A stretch of DNA of 64,000 nt, taken from contig CM075983.1 of assembly GCA_038087875.1 (NCBI GenBank), positions 49,662,001-49,726,000 of the forward strand, in the 5' to 3' direction. Below, one piece after another: positions 13,207-25,720 of the stretch. This stretch comes from Malacoraja senta (lineage: Eukaryota). The notes under the pieces were generated by a model. It did not search any database. It saw only the letters and a program-made list of their open reading frames with translations, and had not been told where the DNA came from. The position numbers were made by a program, and so were the translations under genes. Within the stretch, counting starts at the first letter, position 1. Each line of letters begins with the position of its first letter.

Positions 13207-14895
13207 ATTGTGAGAATGGGAAAACATTGGGCTCGAGTGAGTGGTTCCGAGGATCGGCCCCGCGGTATTGTATACAATAAAATGGAGTTGCAATTCCAGT
13301 GTTCGTATTCGGTGTTTGACTGAACCAGACTAGGGGGGTGAGATTAAATCCAGAATTAACAGTTTACTGAGAATGAAAGTCACCACAAAATGATTGGGAT
13401 ATGAATTTCTCAATAGCCCAAAGAAAGACGCCCAAAATTCCTCTACTGGTTAAACATATTTTCAATGAGAATTGTGTGTTTTTATTTGAAATGGTTGTGT
13501 GAATGAATTTGTAGCCTGCTTATTTTTATGCTATCAAGAATCTCTGATGACAATTCTTCCAACGTGTACCAGCAATATTTAGAATAGATTGATTTCCTTC
13601 TTAGACTTCATGAGTGTGCTGGTCATGACTCTTTTCAGGACAATAGCCAAATAATTCAAAACCATCAATCTAGAATTTCTGACTCATCAAGAAGTTATGC
13701 CCTCAGAAGTCTTTTACAGCCAATAAATAAATTTCTACCTGTGATATCATTATGTATTCTATAACTCTTAATGTGTAAGTCATTATAAACCACCAGTCTA
13801 GATTTCAACATTTACATTTATTGGGACAGGTGGTAGAGAAGAGCTGTCATTTATTTCTGCCTTGATCAATTTTTCTGGGGTATTTAGGCAATCAGTTCAG
13901 ATTCCTATTGAATTGCAACTGCCCATATGGAAGTTTTCCAACATCCTTGAAAAAGATTAAGGAGTAAGGTATTTTTACAGTCCATAGTGGATTATCCTTC
14001 CTGCTTTTTAATTCTTGAAAATTCTACCTGGAAGCAGTACACAAGGGCTAACATGAAGGAAGAGATCTCTTTTAAGACATATGATTTTTATTCAAGGCAT
14101 TAGTACTATCGAGGCCACCAGCTTCCCTTGACCAGTGGTCCCAGAAAATGGCGTCTTGGAGCAGGTGTAAAATATAGAGGCATTAATCATCACATTTTTA
14201 AATCTACAAACTATGGACACTTTTTTACTGGAGATAATTACTCACATTGCTTTCCTTCCAATTGCGGCTGGCTCATTCTTGCGCTCCTAAGAGCCTTTTG
14301 AGCAAAGATCATAGAGCGGAGCAAGTACCCACAGCGAAAAAGCCGAAGTACGTCATGGGTAATTTTTCACGCCATCTTGATATGCTGCCGCGCGATTACC
14401 GTCATGTCGTCCACATCTACAGCTCACTGACTGAATGATACAGACGTCCTGACTGACATCACACCTTTCCAATCAATTATTTTAGGATGCCTTTCTAGAG
14501 AACATGCTACTTTTTGCTTCGCCCATTTTCAAAATATAGAATTTTGGATTTGGCATTTGATTGGTACAAGGAGACTATAAAGCCCTGCAGTCTGCAGTGC
14601 TTGTTGCTGTGGCGTGGCGGGGACTTTAAATCTTCGACCGCCGGCCTACACCAACTTGAAGCCACGGTCTCTGGTGGGGAGCCACCGATTCAGGACTTAC
14701 CTTGTCTGAACATCTGGACGCCCGCAGCGGCGACTGCAGAGGGTTGTGGTCCCGACCACGGGGGAAAATGGAGGACTGGCCAAATTTTGTGCCTTCCACT
14801 ACGGTGATGAATGCTGTGGTGGATGTATGTGTTAAATTTTTATTGTGTATTGTATGTTCTTTTTTTTATTGTACCACGGCTGGCTCTGAATTTCC

Positions 14896-15887
14896 NNNNN
14901 NNNNNNNNNNNNNNNNNNNNNNNNNNNNNNNNNNNNNNNNNNNNNNNNNNNNNNNNNNNNNNNNNNNNNNNNNNNNNNNNNNNNNNNNNNNNNNNNNNNN
15001 NNNNNNNNNNNNNNNNNNNNNNNNNNNNNNNNNNNNNNNNNNNNNNNNNNNNNNNNNNNNNNNNNNNNNNNNNNNNNNNNNNNNNNNNNNNNNNNNNNNN
15101 NNNNNNNNNNNNNNNNNNNNNNNNNNNNNNNNNNNNNNNNNNNNNNNNNNNNNNNNNNNNNNNNNNNNNNNNNNNNNNNNNNNNNNNNNNNNNNNNNNNN
15201 NNNNNNNNNNNNNNNNNNNNNNNNNNNNNNNNNNNNNNNNNNNNNNNNNNNNNNNNNNNNNNNNNNNNNNNNNNNNNNNNNNNNNNNNNNNNNNNNNNNN
15301 NNNNNNNNNNNNNNNNNNNNNNNNNNNNNNNNNNNNNNNNNNNNNNNNNNNNNNNNNNNNNNNNNNNNNNNNNNNNNNNNNNNNNNNNNNNNNNNNNNNN
15401 NNNNNNNNNNNNNNNNNNNNNNNNNNNNNNNNNNNNNNNNNNNNNNNNNNNNNNNNNNNNNNNNNNNNNNNNNNNNNNNNNNNNNNNNNNNNNNNNNNNN
15501 NNNNNNNNNNNNNNNNNNNNNNNNNNNNNNNNNNNNNNNNNNNNNNNNNNNNNNNNNNNNNNNNNNNNNNNNNNNNNNNNNNNNNNNNNNNNNNNNNNNN
15601 NNNNNNNNNNNNNNNNNNNNNNNNNNNNNNNNNNNNNNNNNNNNNNNNNNNNNNNNNNNNNNNNNNNNNNNNNNNNNNNNNNNNNNNNNNNNNNNNNNNN
15701 NNNNNNNNNNNNNNNNNNNNNNNNNNNNNNNNNNNNNNNNNNNNNNNNNNNNNNNNNNNNNNNNNNNNNNNNNNNNNNNNNNNNNNNNNNNNNNNNNNNN
15801 NNNNNNNNNNNNNNNNNNNNNNNNNNNNNNNNNNNNNNNNNNNNNNNNNNNNNNNNNNNNNNNNNNNNNNNNNNNNNNNNNNNNNNN
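14896..15887. other. Assembly gap (992 N)
   Basis: Run of N. Confidence 1.
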
Positions 15888-17023
15888 GTAGGCATAATTC
15901 TCCGTGCCTTTCATCCGCAGCACTTGAGACACGCGAAGGTATGTGCAGCCCACGTGTCGTCAGCGCTGCTTCAAGCCGTCAATGACAAGCGGGGCTGAAG
16001 GCAGCTGAAATTCTGTCTTTGCTGTACTGCGCATGCGCAGCGCTAGTTTCTTGGCGGGTTTTTCAAATATGGATTGCCATTATCTGAAGTGTATCTTAGG
16101 AAACAAAGAGAGAAGAATGGAGTTTGTGTACCAATAATGTGGTAAGTACATTTCTTGGTGCTATATGTTATTAAATACTGTATTTCCCGGGGTGGGGGAG
16201 TTCCTTTCACAGCGTTTGGGGAAAAGTTGCGGGGAGGGCAGGAGCGTTGTGAAGGCGGGGATCGGGATCATGCCACTTGCGACGCTCCTTGCACGGAGCC
16301 ACCGCATTGAGGGTGGGAGAACTAGCTCGGGTGACTGTGAGCTGCCGCCACCTCAGAGCCTTCTGCCGGCCCCCGCTCACCTCTGGCAGCTCTCCGTCTA
16401 AAAACCTCTTTCCTGCCACTCGCCGGCCTCACTCATGTCAGCCGCTTCCCGCAAATCCTTAAATTCCGACAGCACGATTGAGGTTACTCGGCTGTGGGAA
16501 TTTAAGGATGAGCGGGCCGGCAGAAGGCGCTGAAGTGGCGGCCAGTTCTGCTGTCATGTACCGGCGGCCGCTCGCAGCTACCCGAGCTGCTTCTATCCCC
16601 GGCTACAATGCAGTGGCGCCGCAGCAGTGGTGAGTGAGTGAGTTACTGGCATTATCCCCGACCCCCTCCTTCTCAACACTCCTGCCCTCCCCGCAACTTT
16701 ACCCCTGGCGCAGACTCTCCACACGCTGTGAAAGGAACTCTCCACCCCCCCCCTCCCAATTGGTCCCTTGAACAAGTGTTGTCATTCAATAAGATGACAA
16801 CTGATTCAACTTTTCCCTGTGCTCCCGTTTTTCCCACCATCCCTCCACCTGCCATCACCCTTCACCCCCCACCCATCAGTAATTCAGAATAAAGGAGACT
16901 TGGAAGCCTTGGGCAAATTGAATTGTTACTGTCTTTATTTTTATTTTTTATTTTTATGGAGAACAATCTGCGCATGCGCGGTTTAAGTTTTATTTTTTAA
17001 GTCGACTGACTGCCTACCTTGAG

Positions 17024-17160
17024 NNNNNNNNNNNNNNNNNNNNNNNNNNNNNNNNNNNNNNNNNNNNNNNNNNNNNNNNNNNNNNNNNNNNNNNNNNNNN
17101 NNNNNNNNNNNNNNNNNNNNNNNNNNNNNNNNNNNNNNNNNNNNNNNNNNNNNNNNNNNN
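17024..17160. other. Assembly gap (137 N)
   Basis: Run of N. Confidence 1.
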
Positions 17161-17834
17161 CTGTAACATTTAACATTTCTACTTTTGGGTATGTTTGTGG
17201 CAATTATGGCTCATGGAATTTTCTCCCACAATACTAGTTATATTCGTAACAACATATTTAAATACAAGTGAAATTTGCGATCTTTCCGATCCCCTTAAAA
17301 AATGTCTGAAGAAGGGACCCGACCCTAAACGTCGCCTAACCATTCCCTCCATAGATACGACACAAAATGCTGGAGTACCTCAGCGGGACAGACAGCATCT
17401 CTGGACAGAAGGAATGGGTGACGTTTTGGGTCGAGATCCTTCTTCGGACCCTCCACAGATCCAGCCTGACCTGCTGAGTTATCCGACACTTTATGTTTTG
17501 CTGTTAAAATAAATTTGTGGTCCGCTGAAGAAACTATACGATAGACCACTCTGGAAGTGCAAGTTTTGCAAGTGTATGAAGTATAGTACACTTCATACAG
17601 TAGTATTTTCATACTGTGTGTTTTCAATAGCTACTGTTTCCAACTCCGAACTGATGTCACATCAGTGATTGAAAACCAGGACTTAAATATGTGCATCTTA
17701 CATATTGTAAAAGAGAAACAATGCTTTGCCAGTTTTATTCTCAGTAAAGATCATAGAGCAGAGTTCTCAGAGCGCAGCGCCACACCGAAGAACAAAATAA
17801 TTTTGTTCAAATGTTGCCGTTTGACATCAATTTA

Positions 17835-19382
17835 CAGTGCATTCAGAAAGTATTCAGACCCCTTCAATTTTTATACATTTTGTCACGTTACACCCTTTTT
17901 CTAAAACGGATTAAATTCATTTTTTATCATCAATCTACACACAATACCCCATAATGAAAAAGCAAAAACAGGTGTTTAGAAATGTTTGCTTAGTAATTAA
18001 AAAGACATAACATTTACGTAAGTATTCAGACCTTTTACTCAGTACTTTGTTGAGACACCTTTGGCAGCGATTACAGCCACAAGTCTTCTTGGGTAAAGCG
18101 CTACAAGCTTGGCACACCTGTATTTGGGTAATTTCTCCCATTCTTCTCTGCAGATCCTCTCAAGCTCTGTCAGTTTGGATGGGGAGCATCGATGCACAGC
18201 TATTTACAGGTCCCTCCGAAGATGTTCGATCGGGTTCAAGTCCGAGCTCTGGCTGGGCCACTCAGGGACATTCACAGACTTGTCATGAAGCCACTCCTGC
18301 GTTGACGGCTGTGTGCTTAGGGTCATTGTCCTGTTTGAAGGTGAACCTCTGCCCCAGTCTGAGGTCCAGAATGCTCTGGAGCAGGTTTTCATCAAGGATC
18401 TCCCTGTACTTTGCTCCAATCATATTTCCCTCGATCCTGACTAGTCTCCCAGTTCCTGCCACTGAAAAACATCCCCACAGCATGATGCTGCCACCACCTT
18501 GCTTCACCACAGTATGGTATTGGCCAGGTGATGAGCGGTGCCTGGTTTCCTCCAGACGTGATGCTTGGCATTCAGGCCAAAGAGTTCAATCTTGGTTTAA
18601 TCAGACCAGAGAATCTTGTTTCTCATGCCTTTTGGCAAACTCCAAGCGGGCTGTCATGTGCCTTTTACCGAGGAGTGGCTTCCGTCTGGCCACTCTACCA
18701 TAAAGGTCTGATTGGTGGAGTGCTGCAGATATAGTTGTCCTTCTGGAATGTTCTCTTATCTCCACAGAGGAACTCTGGTGCTCTGTCAGAGTGACCAACG
18801 GGTTCTTGGTCACCTCCCTGACTAAGGCCCTTTTCCCCCGATTGCTCAGTTTGGCCGGGAGGCCAACTCTATGAAGAGTCCTGGTGGTTCCAAAGTTCTT
18901 CCATTTAAGAATGATGGAGGCCACTGTGCTCTTCGGGACCTGCAATGCTGCAGAAATTGTTTTATACCCTTCCCCAAATCTGTGTCTCGTCACAATCCTG
19001 TCTCGGAGGTCTACGGACAATTCCTTCGCCTTCTTAAACCTTATATAGACAGGTGGGTGCCTTTCCAAATCATGTCCAATCAATTGAATTTACCACTGGT
19101 GGACTCCAATCAAGTTGTTGAAACATCTCATGGATAATCAATGGAAACAGGATGAACCTAAGCTCAATTTTGAGTGTCATAGCAAAGGGTCTGTAAATGT
19201 GATATTTCAGTTATTTCTTTTTAATTACTTTGTGAAAATTTCTAAACACCGTTTTCACTTCTTCATTCAGGGGTATTGTGTGTAGATTGATGATAAAAAA
19301 ATTGAATTTAATCCATTTTAAAATATGGCTGTAACAAAATGTAGAAAAAGTGAAGGGGTCTGAATACTTTCTGAATGCACTG
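17835..19382 (-). mobile_element. Tc1-family transposon (second family), defective, with internal deletions
   Basis: TA|CAGTGCATTCAGAAAGTATTCAGACCCCTT...GGGGTCTGAATACTTTCTGAATGCACTG|TA. Fragments [41 protein letters not shown] and [14 protein letters not shown] are DD34E transposase motifs. Confidence 0.95.
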
Positions 19383-19928
19383 TATGTACATACTCATCCA
19401 GAGAAGACGACACGGGTACAATATTTCTTAGTGTTATTGGAAAATATGAGGCTAACTTCTCGTTATGATTCAGGAAGAAACATGTGCAGTCTACAACAAC
19501 CTAATTATAGGTTGCTAATATTAATTAGAAGCGAGTGGCAAATGTAAATGGTAATGTATATGTAGTACATAGGAATGGAAATAGAATTCATAAGCTCTGT
19601 TCACGGTCCTATATATTTTTAATCCAACCTAAGAACAAATAAAGGAGTAAAAAGAACTATCAAGTTGTTGTAAGAGATGTCTCAAAATAATCAATAATTA
19701 TATTTGTATTCACCTAGTCACAATAGGTTATTAGATTTCACAGTTTACAGCTGAATTGGTTTAGGCATTTCTAGTCATTGTATGGATAGGATTATGGTAA
19801 TTTCTGATATGGTAATAAGGAGGGGGAATTTTTGTTGTCTCTTAAGATGCTTTTTCTAATCTCCTGGTGACTAATTTCATGCTTCATTGCAAGTTTGCAT
19901 GCCCATTTCAAATTCTACAGGGCTATTA

Positions 19929-20903
19929 CCGTATTCCCGGCAATGAAGACGCACCTGCGTTGAAGACGCACCCCCATTTTGAGTTGGTAAATTTTGAAAA
20001 AAGGCTGAAGGGACATAGAATTTCTCACGCTCAAAAAAATAAAAAATAAAAATAAAGAATGTGAGAATTCAATTTGCCCAAGGCTTCCACATCTCCTCCA
20101 TTCTGAATGACTGAATGGGTGGGGTGTGGAAGGTGACAGCAGGTGGAGAGATGGTTGGAAAAACGGGAGCGCTAAGGAACTAGGAAATTCAAACATAAGG
20201 ATCAGTAGTGCCAAAACGGGAGTGGCCGCCGGGACCGGACAGCATCCCCGGGCTGACAGAAGGCACTGAGGTGGCAGCCAGTTCCCCTGTCCGGTCCTGG
20301 CGGCCGCTCGCAGCCACCCGAGCTACTTCCCTCCCCGGCAGCAGTCGGAATTTAAGAATTTGCGGGAAGCAGCTGACATGAGCGAGGCCGGCGAGCGGCA
20401 GGAGAGAGGTGTTCAGACGGAGAGCACTGCCAGAGGTGAGTGGGCCGGCAGAAGTCTCTGAGGTGGCGGCCAGTTCCGCTGTCCAGTCCCGGCACCCGTT
20501 CGCAGCCATCTGACATACTTCCCCCCCCCACAATTCGGTGGCTCCGTGCCCGGAGTGCCGCAGCAGCGGTGAGCGAGTGAGTTGCTGGCATGATCCCCGA
20601 CCCCCTCCTCCTCAACGCTCCTACCCATGCTGACCCGGGCCAGACTCCCCACATGCTGTGAAAGGAACTGTCACCCCCCAGCCGCTACCCACTTTACAGC
20701 CGCTTCCCATCAGCTGCCAGCAATGAGGGATAGACTTGGCTATCCCTCAGTAAAGCAACATCGTTCTTGATGTTGCTGTACTGAGGGATAGCCAAGTCTA
20801 TCTTTCTTGGCTAACAACATAACCTTCGGCCTCCAAGAAGCTGGTAAATTTTCGTGACTTATTTTTGGGTAAAAAATAACGTCTTCATTGCTGGGAAATA
20901 AGG
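19929..20903. mobile_element. Non-autonomous pogo/mariner-type MITE
   Basis: TA|CCGTATTCCCGGCAATGAAGACG...CGTCTTCATTGCTGGGAAATAAGG|TA terminal inverted repeats with TA duplication; no coding capacity. Confidence 0.8.
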
Positions 20904-21477
20904 TAAGTTATATATAGTTTTATTTAGAGATACAGCATAGAAACAGGCCCACTGAGTCCATGTCAACCATCAATCAACCGTTCACTCTAGTTCCAGGTTT
21001 TCCCACTTTCTCAATCACTCCCTACACATCAGATGCATTTTTTTTAAACAGTCCGTACAAAGCCATATATCTTTGGAATATTTTGGATCAGAAAATTACA
21101 AGCATTAATAGACTATAAATGATTATCAAGCATTTTAATGTCCCTTTGAAAAAAATTGGTTCAGAAGATTTACATATCAATAAAAATATTCTCCAATGCC
21201 GTGCTAAAACTGAAGGAAACTGAATAGATTCATAGCAAAGATAGACACAAATAGCTGGAGTAACTCAGCGGATCAGAGCGTCCCTGCAGAAAAGGATGTG
21301 GTGACGTTTCAGGTTGAGACCTTCTCTCCAGCGATGCAGTCTGTCCAGCTGAGTTACTCCAGATTTTTGTGTCTATCTTCAATTTAAACCAGCATCTGCA
21401 GTTCCTACCTACACATAGATTCATAGCAACTTGTTTCAGCAACTTTTTCAGCACTTTAATGTTTGGCATATAGTTTG

Positions 21478-21640
21478 GGCGGCACGGATGTGCAACGGTA
21501 GATCTGCTGCCTTACAGCACCAGAGACCTGGTTCGATCCTGACTAGGTTTGCTGTCTGTACGGAGTTTGTACGTTCTCCATGTGACCGCGTGGGTTTTCA
21601 CCAGTAGCCTCTGTTTCATCCCATATTCCAAAGACGTGCA
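21478..21640 (+). mobile_element. tRNA-derived V-SINE (HE1-like) head and V domain
   Basis: gggcggcacgg...ggttcgatcc (A/B boxes) followed by V-domain ggagtttgtacgttctcc..gtgaccgcgtgggtttt...tccaaagacgtgca. A further fragment lies at ~48955-49135. Confidence 0.8.
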
Positions 21641-21674
21641 GAGTCCAGCACACTGGTGCAATTATAAATAAAAC

Positions 21675-22050
21675 GCATCAACGCCTCTACTTCCTGAGAA
21701 GCTTACGTAGATTCGGTATGTCAGAGAGGATTCTCTTGAACTTCTGCAGGTGTACAGTTGAGAGCATATTGACTGGTTGCATCATGGCCTGGTTCGGCAA
21801 CTTGAACGCCCAGGAGCGGAAAAGACTGCAAAAAGTTGTGAACACTGCCCAGTCCATCACTGGTTCTGACTTACCCACTATCGAAAGGATCTATCGAAGT
21901 TGCTGCATCAAAAAGGCAGCCAGTATCATCAGAGACCCACACCATCCTGGCCACACACTCATTTCACCCCTGCCATCGGGAAGAAGGTACAGGAGCCTGA
22001 AAACTTTAACATCCAGGTTCAGGAACAGCTTCTTCCCTAGGCTATTAAGG
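21675..22050 (+). mobile_element. Rex1/Babar-type LINE 3' fragment
   Basis: ORF 21718-22062: VESILTGCIMAWFGN...RLQKVVNTAQSITG...DPHHPGH.L..LPSGRRYRS...RFRNSFFP, the characteristic Rex1/Babar C-terminus. Confidence 0.85.
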
Positions 22051-22059
22051 CTATTAAGG

Positions 22060-23670
22060 TAGCGAGGCTTAAAAAATCTTAAAAACCGCGCGTGCGCAGA
22101 TCAATCTCCTTTCCTGCCGTTCAGCGCCGCGTGGATTGGTCTTTTCTCCTGTCACTCCACGGGACGGTCCGCCTCTTCCTGTGCCATCGCGTCTTTACTG
22201 GAGCTGAGGATGGGCGGCGAAGGTTTCCATCGTGTCTTTACTGGAGCTGAGGATGGCCGGCAGAGGTTTCCAACAGGACACAATTTTCGGAGGGACCAGA
22301 AGCCCGGCCCGGTAAATGTTGCCAAATGGAAAGCGGAGAATCTGATCCCGATGGAGGAGAACATCCAGCGACCAGCGCCCGCTGTGTCACCATCGCACCT
22401 TCAGCTCCAGCCCCTTCCCCTCTGGTCCCCCTCGCTGGCTCCTGCCCCCCTCCCCCGTGATATCCTCCTCTCCCCCACAACCCGTCTTTTTACCGAGCTC
22501 TCTCCCCCCGCCCTCCCACCCCCCTCGCCCCTACAACCCCCGTCTTTCCTCTGAGCTCTCTCCCCCACCCCCGCCCCCCAACCCCCTCCCTCCACAACCG
22601 CCCACACCCAACGTCCCCCTCCCCGGCTGCAGGACGCTCCCCCCACCGGCACCCGACAGCCCCCGCCTGAAGCAGTCCTCCTGCTGCAGAATGCAACAAG
22701 AGACTCAACAAGAAAGAATGGACTGAATAAATCTCATCTTTAACATTTAAATTATTGTTATATTTTAAGATATTCACATTTTAAGCTTTAATAAATCCCT
22801 TTTCCACTTGCCGTGCCCGTCAGCTGCGCCTGCGCAGTAATACCTGTGTGTTCTACGTCACAATGGGAACCCAATGGGCGGGAATAGCTGCGCCGCCAGA
22901 GAGCCGCGAAGAGTGGATGGGGGTTGAGGGGGGGTGGAGTGAGTGCAGGACGGTCCCCCCCACCGGCCTCCGACAGCCCCCCGCCTGAAGCCGTCCCCCT
23001 CCCCCGGCTGCAGGATGCTCTTCGCCCCACCCAAAGCCCCGCCTGAAACCGTGCCCCTCCCCCTGCTGTAGGCGCTCCCCCACCGGCCCCCGACAGCCAC
23101 CGACTGAAGCCGTCCCCCTTCCCCGGCTGCAGAACACAACAAGAGACGCAACAAGAAAGAATGGACTGAATAAATTTAATCTTTCACGTTTAAATTGTTG
23201 TTATATTTTAAGTTATTCACATGTTAAGCTTTAATAAATCCCTTTTCTACTTGCCATGCCCGTCAGCTTTGCCTGCGCAGTAATACCTGCGTGCTCTACA
23301 TCACAATGAAAACCCAATGGGTGGGAATGGCTGCGCCGCCTGAGATCCGCTAAGAATGGATGGGGGGGGGGGGGGGGGGGTTGAGGGGGATGGAGTGAGT
23401 GCGTGGGGGGGGGGGGGTGGCAAGAGGAGGAGGGGGGGTGAGGGGAGGAGGGGGGGTGAGGGGAGGAGGGCGGATCAGGGGCGTCACAACGGGAACCCGT
23501 CAGCCGCGCCTGCAGTTAGGGGCTATGGGTGAGTGGTGGAATATTGCATTGGGGGAATGGGTTGCGTTGGGGGAACGAGTGAGTGGTGGAATATTGCGTT
23601 GGGGAATGTGTTGCGTTGGGGGTCCAGGCCTCCTGTGTGGCTGGGACCCAACGGGTCCCACTTAGTCTAG
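22060..23670 (+). mobile_element. Non-autonomous Helitron-like element (5' end missing) with an internal ~400-bp tandem repeat
   Basis: Ends in hairpin GGGACCCaacGGGTCCC, then acttagtCTAG|T (Helitron 3' signature). Its 5' part is the reverse complement of 44260-44640. 22610-22940 is repeated at 23110-23400. Confidence 0.7.
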
Positions 23671-23693
23671 TATGACAATAAAACACTCTTGGC

Positions 23694-24306
23694 CAAAGAT
23701 CATAGAGCGTAATATATGTATGTGTGTGTGTGTGTGTGTATATATCTATATATATATATCTATATACATATTTATATGTATATTTATAAATATAATTGCC
23801 TTTATGGTTTATGTACATCTTCTGAGAAATAAGATAAATGGAGAAATAGAGCGTTGCTTTAATTCAATGTTGCTTCTGATCCATGAAAAGGAACTTTGAG
23901 ATCTATTTATCTTTATCTTGCCTCTCACACACAGGCACACACACAATCATATATATTATATATATAAATATATATATATGTTAAATTTATGCATAGTGTG
24001 TGTTAACGCAATACAAGGGAAACTGCACAAAGGAGGGGGCTAGGGAGGAAGGAAGGGAGGGAAATGGGCAGAAACAGATAGATTAAGCAGGGGGAAAACA
24101 TTTGAAAAGAAAATTAACTAAAATATGTGAATTGATAGATGAGCTACATCACACACATACTGTTCCCCTAAAACACTGATTACACTGTGAGAGGCATAAC
24201 GGAAGTTGGGTTGAGCATTCCAAGATGGCGGCCGTTAGGCCCGTTACGTACTACACCTCAGTGCATTGGATTACGTGGAGTATCTTGCTCCGCTCTATGA
24301 TCTTTG
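23694..24306. mobile_element. TIR-bounded MITE-like element containing (TG)n/(TA)n microsatellite; superfamily unassigned
   Basis: CAAAGATCATAGAGCG...CGCTCTATGATCTTTG 16-bp inverted ends. The same terminus recurs at ~14303, ~17746 and (duplicated) ~29751. Confidence 0.65.
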
Positions 24307-25720
24307 CTTTTGAGTGGATTTAATCTTTTGGAATCTCTTGTATTATTATTTATTGATTCCAACATTTTTAATTGTTTATATATTTTTATTGTTTCATTTC
24401 AGTGATATCCACAAAGTAAGATTTTTTGTTATAAAACAAAGGGAGAAATTGAAAGGTATTAGAGACATGGGTCTTCTTGTAACCAGATCTTACCATACAT
24501 GTAGGAAAAGCAATTAAGAAGACAAACAATATGCTGGCCTTACTGCAAGGAAGTTTGAGTGCAGGATAAAAGTTGTTGTACTGATGTTTAATCGATAATG
24601 TTTAATATTTTATGTGTCATTCCTGTCACTGTATGTCATGTTGTCACTTGCGGGCGGAGCACCAAGACAAATTCCTTGTATTGAATACTTGGTCAATAAA
24701 CTTATTCATTCAAACTTATTAATTCATTCATTATACAAGGCCTTAGTGAGGCTGGATATATAATATTGTGTTCGAATCTGGTCCTCTGGCATGTGAACTT
24801 GAAATTAATGATGGGCTCCAGTGAAAGTTGTTCACATTGATTATTGCAGATTAATGGCCCTGTCTCACGGTGCGAGTCCACGAGTGATCCCGAGTGAAAG
24901 AAAAAATCAAACTCGTGGTTGTCTACGAGATTCCAAGTTTATGTTCACGAGTTTAAACGAGTTCCCACGTGTATGTCTAAGTTTGCCGTTTACTTCTCAT
25001 TTCTGCGATGTACCAAGTTCCTCTCCTGAGTTACCAAGTTTTTCTCCCGAGTTACTCATCACATGGTAAAAATGATGTCATGCAGTTTTTCTTTACACTA
25101 TAAAAAGACCCAGCCTGAAGAACGATCTCGACCCGAAACATCACCTATTTCTTTTCTCCAGAGATGCTGCCTGACCAGCTGTGTTAGTCCATCATTTTGT
25201 GTCTATCTTTGGTTTAAACTAGTATCTGCAATTCCTTCCTTCAAACTTTTAGAGCAGTTTGTTTCAAGAAACAATCCTTCCAAAATTGCATTCAAAAGTC
25301 CATTTGAACTACATTTGTTCAAGGTCTGACATTAATCATTGAAAGGCATAGGCTGTTTTGTGTCGGGAGGAACTGCAGATGCTGGTTTACACCGAAGATA
25401 GCCACAAAATGCTGGAGTAACTCAGCGGGACATGCAGCATTTCTGGAGTGAAGGACAACCAATATGTATATTTATAAATATAATTGCCTTTATGGTTTAT
25501 GTCCGGTTCAGCGCTGGCCTATAGGTGAGCCAGTCGAGTCCCATCTTCAGACTGAAAAAACGTTTCGACCCTTCTCTCCAGAGATGCTGCCGGCTTGGCT
25601 GAGTTACTCCAGCTTTTTGTGTCTTGTAAGATTGTTTTATTCCCTTATTTTACTTCGGAGTCACGTGAGTGACTACGTGAAGAAGAGCCCGTCCAGCCGC
25701 ACACGCGTCATATCGTCAGA
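23766..25720 (+). repeat. Left copy of a 1,955-bp direct duplication flanking the Hero element
   Basis: Matches 29211-31165 at a constant offset of 5,445. I saw three substitutions (25140/30585, 25518/30963, 25548/30993) and no net indel. Confidence 0.97.

Larger units (their letters stand above)
11404..13361 (+). mobile_element. Internally deleted endogenous retrovirus (class I, gamma/epsilon-like): 5' LTR (start uncertain) to 11693, PBS, ~1.3-kb leader, gag start, partial 3' LTR 13229-13361
   Basis: Direct repeat 11575-11693 vs 13229-13361 containing AATAAA; the right copy ends in ...attaaCA. TATA-like gtataaag at ~11502. The PBS directly follows the left copy. Antisense to AR. No TSD identified. 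Confidence 0.8.

Noticed and set aside
14702-15998. Four 351-427 aa ORFs in the track
   Set aside because: Artefacts of reading through the 992-N gap.
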